Source of the DNA: Candidatus Kapaibacterium sp.
Lineage (GTDB): Bacteria; Bacteroidota; Ignavibacteria; Kapaibacteriales; UBA4661
Assembly: GCA_025055035.1 (NCBI GenBank)
Contig: JANWZB010000006.1
Span: 1 to 51,083, forward strand
DNA length: 51,083 bases
Reading direction: 5' to 3'
Shown: positions 39,320 to 48,100 of the stretch, one piece after another
Layout of the letters: every line of letters begins with the position of its first letter
How positions within the stretch are numbered: position 1 is the first letter of the stretch
The notes under the pieces: model-generated
The model's database searches: none
Told to the model about the DNA's origin: nothing
What the model saw: only the letters and a program-made list of their open reading frames with translations
Made by a program: the position numbers and the translations under genes

Positions 39320-40318
39320 ATGCAGCCAGCACTTATAGATCCATATGGTCGCCACATCACGTATCTGCGCTTGTCAGTAACAGACCGATGTAATCTTCGT
39401 TGCACATACTGCATGGGGGAATCTATACGGTTTTTGCCCAAGAGTAAGCTTCTTACGCTAGAAGAAATCGTGCGGGTTGTTCAAATATGTGCCCAGCTTG
39501 GCATACGCAAGGTCCGCATTACAGGCGGTGAGCCATTTATGCGAAACGAGATTCTTGCTATACTCTGTGCTCTACGCTCGGTTGAGGGAATAAACGAAGT
39601 GCATATCACAACAAATGGTGTGCGCATCACCGAGTACATCCGTGCACTAGAAGAGCTAGGTATTGCTTCGGTCAATTTGAGTCTCGATACATTCGGTGCG
39701 GAGCAGTTTGCTACACTCACAAGGCGACCCGTATTCGGGACTGTTATGCAGGCTTTCGAAGCATTACTGGCTAGTAGCATTCCACTCAATGTGAACGCTG
39801 TTCTGACACATCACCACACTGCCGATGACATCTACGCAATGTGCGAGCAGACACGTGATAATCCACTGTGCCTGCGGTTCATCGAGGAAATGCCATTTAA
39901 TGGCAACATACGAGAGTCGCCTGCAGCACCATATTGGACGCATACAAAGATTCTATCAACCATGCGCGACCGATATCCGCAATTACAAGAGCTCGGGCGT
40001 AGCCATCACGCTGCAACAGCAGAACTCTACAAGGTTCCAGTATATCAAGGCACACTTGGTATTATTGCAGGATTCTCGCGCACGTTTTGCCATGCATGTA
40101 ATCGCCTCCGCATCACCGCACAAGGAATGCTTAAAACATGCCTCTATGATAGCGGGGCTGTCAATCTTCGCATGCTTCTACGTTCAGGAGCATCGGACTC
40201 CGACATTTCATCAGCGCTCATTAGTGCTGTGCGCCAACGCTTTCGTAATGGTTTCGAGGCAGAGCAGGCTTCCCAGCGAGCATCAGGCTTCGAAACGATG
40301 TCTACAATTGGAGGATAG
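39320..40318 (+). CDS. moaA: GTP 3',8-cyclase MoaA
   Basis: YLRLSVTDRCNLRCTYCM, RITGGEP, NLSLD, RFIEEMP, FCHACNRLR...KTCL, C-terminal MSTIGG. Confidence 0.96.
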   Translation: MQPALIDPYGRHITYLRLSVTDRCNLRCTYCMGESIRFLPKSKLLTLEEIVRVVQICAQLGIRKVRITGGEPFMRNEILAILCALRSVEGINEVHITTNGVRITEYIRALEELGIASVNLSLDTFGAEQFATLTRRPVFGTVMQAFEALLASSIPLNVNAVLTHHHTADDIYAMCEQTRDNPLCLRFIEEMPFNGNIRESPAAPYWTHTKILSTMRDRYPQLQELGRSHHAATAELYKVPVYQGTLGIIAGFSRTFCHACNRLRITAQGMLKTCLYDSGAVNLRMLLRSGASDSDISSALISAVRQRFRNGFEAEQASQRASGFETMSTIGG

Positions 40319-40343
40319 ATATGGGTAACTTATGGAATAAGTA

Positions 40344-40371
40344 AGTTTACATAATATTGATTCTTTACTTC
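40344..40371 (-). other. dif-like XerC/XerD recombination site
   Basis: Minus strand reads GAAGTAAAGAA-TCAATA-TTATGTAAACT (11-6-11). The right arm equals the Bacillus subtilis dif XerD-type arm and the left arm ends AGAA, as in that site. Confidence 0.55.
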
Positions 40372-42209
40372 CGAACAGCGATCGTATGCGCCTGTATCGT
40401 ACCATCAGGACACACTATCATGCACATATAAGCACCAGATGGTAGATTCTGCAGAGCGATATCATGGATGTAGTCCTCGCCGGATACGCCGTAGAATCTA
40501 TGTTCATACACTGATACGCCAACAGTATTATACACGCGCACGATATATAAACCCGACTGTGGAACGCTATAGCGAACATATACCATATCGTATGCAGGAG
40601 TAGGAAATACTCGCACTGTGTGCCACGACGACTGGTGCTGCGCTACAGTGCGCGTGATGCGGTCAAGAAACAATCGTGCTGTTACAGGAAAATGGTCTGT
40701 TGTTGTAGTAGTAAAGTTTGTAATATACGCAAATGGCGCTTCGACGCGTTCCCCGCCAGCAAGCACAGCAGGAGCAAGCTCATCGCTCACAACAATGTGA
40801 TCAATCATACCACCACTTGCAAACGAAGATAACCCCTGACGCGCAAGGCTTGCTGTGACAAACCTGTAGCGAGCCGTATCGCGCACAAATGGTAGATATG
40901 GTGTAGGAAGACCTTGAACAATCGATGCAACAGGACTATCATTAAAATCACCCATCAGAAGAATGTTTTGTGTTGGATAGTTTGTTGTAAGGAAATCGTA
41001 GAGATTTTGGGCGTCCGTTGTACGAAGGTCGTAATCGCGCTGTGTTGATCCTGCTTTTGCGTGAATATTGAAAGCGTGAATTCGTCGGCGTGCTCCCTGC
41101 ACCGTCGCATCGAATTCCAAGTGTAACGGGAAACGCCCCGACGCAAATTGTGTAGATGTGAGCACCATTGCCGAGCGTATCGTGTCAATGATAGAGCGCT
41201 TAAACAGATATGCGGTACGCTGGGGCACAAACTCTGGTCGTGGTGGATTGAATCCTGCAATCAGTGCGCCATAGCGTGGCAGAGAATCCAGAATGCGCAG
41301 AAAGAGTGGTGTATTCGAAATCTCCTGCAGTGCATACAAATCAGCGTCAATGCTGTCAAGCACACGAAGAACATTACGAAACTGCAGAAGGGAGTCGGCA
41401 GGACCGAGTCTTGTTATACCATCATTGTCGAACGGGCGCCCAAACCAACGGAGATTCCACGTCGTTACATCGAATGTTCGCTCCTTTGCAATTGTATCAG
41501 CAGGATGTACCGTCAGTCGCAGTCCAAGGTCAGCAAGTGAGCGCGGAAACAGCTGATACGTTCCCTGAAATTGTCCCAAAACACTAACGAGAGATAGTGT
41601 ACCACGAGGGATGCGTTGGTTTATTAGGTTCGTTGAGGCATGAATACGTACTTGTGCGGTTGTTGAGCCATCGGTGATAAGGTAGTTTGTCGAACCACGA
41701 AACGTTGTTGTATCAAGAAACCGCACCCCAGAAATCCTTAGAATTTCTCCTTCTAGTACTTCTGCTGCTGCCCCGTGTACGTTCGATAGTGGAACTTCGC
41801 GCGGAACAGGAATAACACGTGCACTAGGAATAATGCGAAAGAGAACCCGTGCAAGTGCTGTGCCCGAAATTTGTAGTAATCCTGTTCCCGGTGCACCTGC
41901 GCTTGCCCCGAATTCTGCAAGCGGACCGCTGACTTCCACAGAATCCCCCAACGCAACTCCACGACTGAACGCTTGGTCGAAGACTGCAATTCCGGCAGTC
42001 CCATCTTGAATGTGTACTTGCGAACCAAGCTCTCCAGCAACGGTTACGCGACCAGCAACATATACAATTGTTCCTAAGGACTGCTGACGTACCTCGCGAA
42101 TACTACGCAAGGTTGCTGTTGTGAACGGCATAGTCTGAGCAAAGCTTGTCGTAGTATAGCTTAGTGCAGCCATAAGCAGCACACTGTGAACAAAGAAATG
42201 GTAGCTCAT
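40365..42209 (-). CDS. Secreted endonuclease/exonuclease/phosphatase (DNase I-like) with two N-terminal OB-like domains and a T9SS C-terminal domain
   Basis: Signal peptide; QDGTAGI, GDSVEVSG, QLFPRSLADL; TTWNLRWF, LQEI, HAKA, GDFND, IDHI, TDHFPV; tail FPTP...YNTVG...LPSGAY. Confidence 0.85.
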   Translation of the reverse strand: MSYHFFVHSVLLMAALSYTTTSFAQTMPFTTATLRSIREVRQQSLGTIVYVAGRVTVAGELGSQVHIQDGTAGIAVFDQAFSRGVALGDSVEVSGPLAEFGASAGAPGTGLLQISGTALARVLFRIIPSARVIPVPREVPLSNVHGAAAEVLEGEILRISGVRFLDTTTFRGSTNYLITDGSTTAQVRIHASTNLINQRIPRGTLSLVSVLGQFQGTYQLFPRSLADLGLRLTVHPADTIAKERTFDVTTWNLRWFGRPFDNDGITRLGPADSLLQFRNVLRVLDSIDADLYALQEISNTPLFLRILDSLPRYGALIAGFNPPRPEFVPQRTAYLFKRSIIDTIRSAMVLTSTQFASGRFPLHLEFDATVQGARRRIHAFNIHAKAGSTQRDYDLRTTDAQNLYDFLTTNYPTQNILLMGDFNDSPVASIVQGLPTPYLPFVRDTARYRFVTASLARQGLSSFASGGMIDHIVVSDELAPAVLAGGERVEAPFAYITNFTTTTTDHFPVTARLFLDRITRTVAQHQSSWHTVRVFPTPAYDMVYVRYSVPQSGLYIVRVYNTVGVSVYEHRFYGVSGEDYIHDIALQNLPSGAYMCMIVCPDGTIQAHTIAVRK

Positions 42210-42309
42210 GGTAGTAGTCTGCAGAAATACGGAAAAAACAATAGAGTATAGTGCGTTATCCACATGCCGTGCCCTGCGTATGCGACCGTATGCGAGGAGT
42301 ACTTCCCTT

Positions 42310-42876
42310 CTACAAAGGGGAACGAAACGTTCTCATTTCTTCTTGTAGTTCAATGTGCGCTGCACCGATAAGGGTCAAGCAAGACGGGATTGCCGGCAAC
42401 ACAGCACATAGGCATTCTCGAACAGCTTGAGGCTTTCCGGGAAGATTGACAATCAGCGTCTTCCCGCGGATACCAGCGGTTTGGCGCGATAGCATTGCTG
42501 TTGGCACAGAGTGCAGAGATACCCGACGCATTTGCTCTCCAAACCCCGGTAGTATTTTCTCGCATACTGCGCAAGTTGCTTCGGGTGTAACATCGCGTGG
42601 TGCTGGTCCTGTCCCACCCGTTGTGATAATCAAGCAGCATGCTTCGTCATCTGCAAGCTGCATTAGTGTGCGTTCAATAGAGGCACGGTTGTCGGGAACA
42701 ACTCTATAGACGGCTGTCCATGAAGTTATCAGGCACTCATTCAGTACATCAATAATCACTTTTCCTGAAACGTCTTCGTATATTCCTTGCGAAGCACGGT
42801 CGGAGCATGTAAGAATACCGATTTTTGCGCTATGCTCTGGAGAACGGTTCCTCATGTGCTTGTTCTTGTTAGACAT
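42310..42876 (-). CDS. mogA: Molybdopterin adenylyltransferase MogA
   Basis: SDRASQGIYEDVSG, TTGGTGPAPRDVTPEAT, PGFGEQMR, LSRQ, NLPGKP. Confidence 0.93.
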   Translation of the reverse strand: MSNKNKHMRNRSPEHSAKIGILTCSDRASQGIYEDVSGKVIIDVLNECLITSWTAVYRVVPDNRASIERTLMQLADDEACCLIITTGGTGPAPRDVTPEATCAVCEKILPGFGEQMRRVSLHSVPTAMLSRQTAGIRGKTLIVNLPGKPQAVRECLCAVLPAIPSCLTLIGAAHIELQEEMRTFRSPL

Positions 42877-42897
42877 TGCCCATCATCACGCGGGGAT

Positions 42898-43542
42898 TCA
42901 AATAAACAAAGACTGTTGTAGAGTACTACGAACGAACAGCGAGCGGTGCAACGGGCATGTACCATAATGCCGAATCGCTTCGCGATGCTGGCGCGTTCCA
43001 TACCCCTTATGCTGCTTGAAGCCGTAGACGGGGAACGCTGGGTCTGCCTCGTGTTGCATCCACCTGTCGCGCGTTACTTTGGCAACAATCGAAGCGGCAG
43101 CGATACAATCAACAAGCTCATCACCATGCACAATAGCTCTATAGTGTGTATAGGTTGTGCTGTGAAAGTAATTTCCATCAACAAGGACTGTGGGTTTACA
43201 AGATACACGGTTCAAGATTGTATACGCAGAGTGTGCAGCATCGAGAGCAGTGTGCATTGCGCAGATAGTTGCTTGGAGGATATTCTGCTGCTCAATAATG
43301 TCCACAGAAGCAAAGCCGATTCCCACACATACCTTTCCCTGCTCGTGTGCACTCATAATCCGCTCAAAAAGACGCTGGCGCTCGGCTGATGTGAGTTTTT
43401 TGGAATCTTGTATCCCTGCCCTATCAAACTCTTCGCTGAGAAGCACTGCTGCAGCAACTACCGGACCAGCAAGTGCTCCACGCCCAGCTTCATCAACACC
43501 AATAGCGAGGCTTGCACGAGTATAATCGGAAAGGGTGTGCAT
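42898..43542 (-). CDS. rnhB: Ribonuclease HII
   Basis: GVDEAGRGALAGPVVAAA, DSKKL, NILQAT, VDGN, AAASIVAKVTRD, HKGYGT, HRSLF. Confidence 0.96.
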   Translation of the reverse strand: MHTLSDYTRASLAIGVDEAGRGALAGPVVAAAVLLSEEFDRAGIQDSKKLTSAERQRLFERIMSAHEQGKVCVGIGFASVDIIEQQNILQATICAMHTALDAAHSAYTILNRVSCKPTVLVDGNYFHSTTYTHYRAIVHGDELVDCIAAASIVAKVTRDRWMQHEADPAFPVYGFKQHKGYGTRQHREAIRHYGTCPLHRSLFVRSTLQQSLFI

Positions 43543-43644
43543 TGTTTTCGTCGTTTTCGTCTTATTATCGCTGTGGCTGTGTGGCAGTAGCAAGACGGTG
43601 ACTGCACAAACTTACAGATTTCTCGCAATTTCCCCACACTGTTT

Positions 43645-44463
43645 TTAGCGAGATGAGGAGGCAATGAGTGTAAAAAATTCATTACGCAGGGCTTCTTTGT
43701 GCACGATGCTACCTCGCATAGCAGTAGTTGTCATGTACGCTTTGTCCTCTTCGCTACTCACTCCACGAGCAATCATACAGTAGTGCCGCGACGTAATCGT
43801 TACAATCACTGCCTCTGGCTGAAGAAGTTGATACAGGTATTCTGCAATTTGCTCACCAAGTTCCTCTTGAATTTGACCACGCCGTGCGAACCAATCCACA
43901 ATCCGCGTGATTTTGGACAAGCCGATTACATAATCGCCTGGAATATAGCCAATAGCACATGTCCCCGCTATAGTTTGCCAATGATGAGAGCATACAGACA
44001 TCACAGCAATACCTTTGCTGATAACAAGCTCGTGTACTCCCCTGCGATTAGGAAAGACTGTGCATTGAGGTGGAGCTTCGTATCGTCCCCGAAATAATTC
44101 ATCCACCCACATTCTAGCAAGCCGTCGAGGCGTATCGCGTGAGTTTGGGTCGTTCCTGTCAATCCTTAAGATATCGAAGAGTTCTTGAATCTTCAATTCC
44201 GCTAAGCGTTTCATTTCTTCGCGTTCAGCACTACTGAGCACCATATTTTCATTTGCATCGAATAAGCGGTAGCCGAGCGCTGAATACTGGGGAAAACGTT
44301 CTTTGCCTGGTAAAAGCGTGGGTATGTGATCTTCCGTATCAAGCTTGGCATGTTCATCATCTGTGTACTGCGTGTTGTGGGCGTGCATGTAGCCATTGCT
44401 TACAGTATCCGGCATGGAGCTACCAATACTTTTCCCATTTCTCGCGTGTGGCACTGTACTCAT
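43645..44463 (-). CDS. folE: GTP cyclohydrolase I with long N-terminal extension
   Basis: DTPRRLARMW, CSHH, GLSKITRIV, QIQEE, HYCMIARG. ATGA overlap with the upstream synthase gene. Confidence 0.92.
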   Translation of the reverse strand: MSTVPHARNGKSIGSSMPDTVSNGYMHAHNTQYTDDEHAKLDTEDHIPTLLPGKERFPQYSALGYRLFDANENMVLSSAEREEMKRLAELKIQELFDILRIDRNDPNSRDTPRRLARMWVDELFRGRYEAPPQCTVFPNRRGVHELVISKGIAVMSVCSHHWQTIAGTCAIGYIPGDYVIGLSKITRIVDWFARRGQIQEELGEQIAEYLYQLLQPEAVIVTITSRHYCMIARGVSSEEDKAYMTTTAMRGSIVHKEALRNEFFTLIASSSR

Positions 44464-44918
44464 ACAAGCTCCGCAGAGGCATAATTCGAAACAAAGCGTT
44501 TAATCGACACCGGTTCGCCGAAGTATTCCACAAGATTATTGTCGGATTCAAACAGTTTCACCGAATAGAGCTTGCCCGAAGGAATCTTAGATTCAAGAAT
44601 ATTCCAGAACACAACGGCAATATTTTCAGCTGTTGGAATAATCCCTTGTAAAAAATCTACGTCGTAGTTCAGATGCTTATGGTCAACTTTTTCAACAATT
44701 TCTTTCTCGATGATGTCACGTAGTTTTTTGAGGTCAATCACGTAACCAGTTTCAGGGTCGGGATGCCCAGCTACTGTTACTTCGAGAACGTAATTATGTC
44801 CATGCCCATAGAGATTATTGCATTTGTCGAATACAGCATCGTTTTGCTCGTCTGTCCATTCAGGGTTGTAGAGTCGGTGCGATGCAGAAAAATGGCATCT
44901 CCGTGTTACATACAGCAT
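44460..44918 (-). CDS. 6-pyruvoyl-tetrahydropterin synthase, PTPS-II-type motif
   Basis: FSASHRL, CNNLYGHGHNY (C-x5-HGH), DHKHLN, TAEN, LFES. Confidence 0.85.
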   Translation of the reverse strand: MLYVTRRCHFSASHRLYNPEWTDEQNDAVFDKCNNLYGHGHNYVLEVTVAGHPDPETGYVIDLKKLRDIIEKEIVEKVDHKHLNYDVDFLQGIIPTAENIAVVFWNILESKIPSGKLYSVKLFESDNNLVEYFGEPVSIKRFVSNYASAELV

Positions 44919-45025
44919 ACATTGTCCCTTCTTGTGAGAATTACATTACAGTGAGTGCAAGTTTCTGCTTTGTTTTCTGTGCGAAGTAGGCTCTAAAAAA
45001 AACGAAGAAACTTAGCCTCTATTGT

Positions 45026-45076
45026 AAAAAAAAGCCTGCGCATGCTTACAAAGAGTTTCTTGCAAGAGCGCAGGCT
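45026..45076 (-). terminator. Probable intrinsic terminator of the Omp85-fusion gene
   Basis: AGCCTGCGC(45033-45041)/GCGCAGGCT(45068-45076) arms next to an A8 run, which reads as a U-tract on the minus strand. Confidence 0.6.
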
Positions 45077-45120
45077 GCTTAAGATATGTAGTCGCTTAAA
45101 GTTCTGGGCAGGCAGAGGCA

Positions 45121-48100
45121 TCAGAAATTATATCCAAATCCAATCGTTAGTCGGGGCTGCATCAATCCAGACTGCAAGTTCTGCCAAGCCATATCTACGC
45201 GCACAGGAAACGAGCCAAACGCATACGTACGTATTCCTACGCCAAGCGACATAAGCAAATCCCCACCTGCAAGACCAACGTAGCGGTCGAATGTATCGAA
45301 GACTGCGCGTGGAAGATTCAATCGCAAAGGATTTGTCCATGCACTTGCGATATCTACAAAGCACACAGCCTGTACCCCATACAAAATACTGCTGAGGAAT
45401 GACGAGGTATGCTCTGGCCGCAGGAGCATAACACGCGCTTCTACATTGACACTGAAGAAGTTTCTACCTTGTGCATCGGCGATAGAGAAGCCCCGCAAGG
45501 GCATCACAGGGTGTACGAAGTATATGTCTTCTGCTCGATTGAATGGTAGTATTTCTGGTGCCACTGAGCGTCCGAGCACAGCATTTTCCTGCCCACCAGC
45601 AAGAAAGTTTTGTGGAGTATCACCAAGATTCGTTCCTGCCGCAATGCGTGCAACAAGCGTTCCAATATTGTGTATCGAGACATACTGCCTATAATCCCCA
45701 ATACCGCGAACAAAGCCTAATCCAGCCATGCCGGGCACAGCATCAATCTGTACCGATGCTCGTATGCCTGATATCGGACCAAAAAATCCTATCTCAGCAT
45801 TATCGATGACAAACCGTGCCTCAGGCGCAAGAATAATATCCGAACGATTCACGCGTGGCGTGCGGTCACTGCTGCGCAGCGTATTCAAGATAGCAAGCTT
45901 ACCTTCGATACGCATATCGGAAGATAGAGGCAATATTGCTTTGCCAGAAGCTCCCCAGTACGCTAGTAACACTCGCACTGGCTCGCGTTGGTCAATAATA
46001 ATATTCTCGCGCCCTGAGCGGAACAGCTGCACCTCGTAGTCTATAATTTGGGGTAAATACGTGTAGGACAGAAGCACATCATTGTTGTTCAGATTCAAGA
46101 GAACACTTGCAAGATTTGCCATAGCAAACAGGCGATGGTCGCCAAGCGCGTCCATCCATAGCCCTTGTACCACCATACCAAGATTGCTCAGAAGTGTTTC
46201 TTGAAATACACTTGGACTTGAAGAAAAGAACGTGTCAAACGTAGGGGTTGCTGACCATGTTACGAGCCCAAGTTGATACTCTACAGGCACAGTGGGATAC
46301 TTGCCGGGAATGGCAAAGGTATTATCGTCTCGGGATTGCTGAAGAGCAGCCTGCGATAGAATCTCGGAATTCGGAATAACCATTTTTTGGTTTTCAAATG
46401 TCAGCGCCACGCGTCCGTATCCCCGCAATGTATCTGGAGCATATTGAACAATAAGGCCATGAGATTGCTGCACTTTTGTATCTTCGGAGAAAGCACTTGT
46501 ACCTGCAAGTACCTTTTCTGCTGCAGATTCTCGCTCCATACTTTGCTTGCGGAGTTGCGTTGGTTCGGGTTCAGACACCTTGCGCTCAAAGGGTGCGGAA
46601 AGCGAAAAGATGTTCAGCCCGCTTTTGGTCATTGCAGAGAATGTGAGTAAGGAACTACTTCTGCTCAGCTCCACATCCCATGCGCCATACTGAAGATTAC
46701 TGCGTGCAGTACTCGTGTAGGTCGTAAGATTTAACTCGTATACGTTATAGATACCACTGCGGTCGGATACATAGAGCAAGCGTTTACCATCATGCGCTAG
46801 AGCAAGAGAAATTTTGCGCTCATTGGGTGTTGATGTCAAACGGGTAATTTGTTTTGTTGCTAGCGTGTAGCTGTAAATATCAGAATGATGCACAGGATAC
46901 TCCCACAATTGCACACTCGCCGAGGAGGATGCTACTGTGAGATTTGCTCCTCTATCTGACAGGAAGTATAGCACTTTCCCGTCAGGAGACCACGTTGGCT
47001 CGAGCTCTGTGAATACATCGTTGGTTAATTTGCTGAGTCTCTTCGTTGCAATATCGTATAGATAGAGGTTGGTCGCTTCATTTTCTGTTGCGGCGAGTGC
47101 AAGGAGTTTACTATCGGGCGACCACGCGATACCTTTGATAATTCTGAATCGTACATCAAGCCGCTGCTGCGCTCCTGTAGTTGGATTAACAAGCATGACA
47201 CCATCTGCTCCGTCGGTGCTGACAACGGCAGCGATTTGTGTTCCATCAGGTCTCCATGCCAGTAGCGACGTGCTACTCCAGAACAGCGCTCGCAGAGGCT
47301 CAAACGTCTTCCCCGTGCTCAACACACGTTCAAGACGCTTTTGTTTTCCATCGGTGTACAGCATAACATGCCATGTGTTTGCTTGTGCAGATAGATATGC
47401 TAAGCGTTCCGCACCTGATTTGTCCCGTACAGGAGACCAGACAGGATGTACGTTAGCCTGCGAGCCATCTTTGTCCGTATCGGTGATACGCGTAGCGATT
47501 TTTTCTATATTATCACTCCGTGCTGCGTCGGGCGCGTATAACTCTTTGAGCTCACGTTTCCATACCGCAGAGAAAGCGTCAATTGAGAGGCCAAATGTTG
47601 TACGGAAAGCGTTCTCCATAGAGCGAAGCCCACGTACACGCGTGATAAACTCGGCAATACGCCCCGCGCCAAACTTCTCGCTGATGTACCAGAAGAGCGC
47701 ATGACCTATTGGTACAATGCTGGAGCGCTCTACGGCATTGAGCGTAGCAAATCGCTCGTTGCTCACAATAGCACGAAGTGCCATATCAGTTTCATACGTC
47801 ACCGTTCCATCGTTTGCGCAGAACTCAGCTAGGCCCTCAATACACCACTCTGGCACTTCAAACTGCCCTCCTACTGCAGGAGGCAGTACTGCACCATACA
47901 AGACAAGATGTATAATGCCCCGCGTCAGCTCGCGCACAATATCGCGCTTAAACTCATACCAATCTCCCTTGAATGCAACCACCATGCGGCTGCGGCGAAG
48001 TATATTAATATCTGAGAGTGCAAACGGTATGAGTGCTTCTTTCACATTCGATTGCTCAGCTTCGTAGGGCGAAGTATAAACAACAACGGGCAGCCTGTCT

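Noticed and set aside
44460-44918. queD, or a 7-deazaguanine DNA-modification (dpd) island
   Set aside because: Motif is C-x5-HGH (PTPS-II) and no queC, queE or dpdA is present.
47069-47704. Long antisense ORFs (47069-47704, 13993-14601, 3504-3929 and others)
   Set aside because: They lie opposite well-supported genes and have no recognisable motifs; shadow ORFs.
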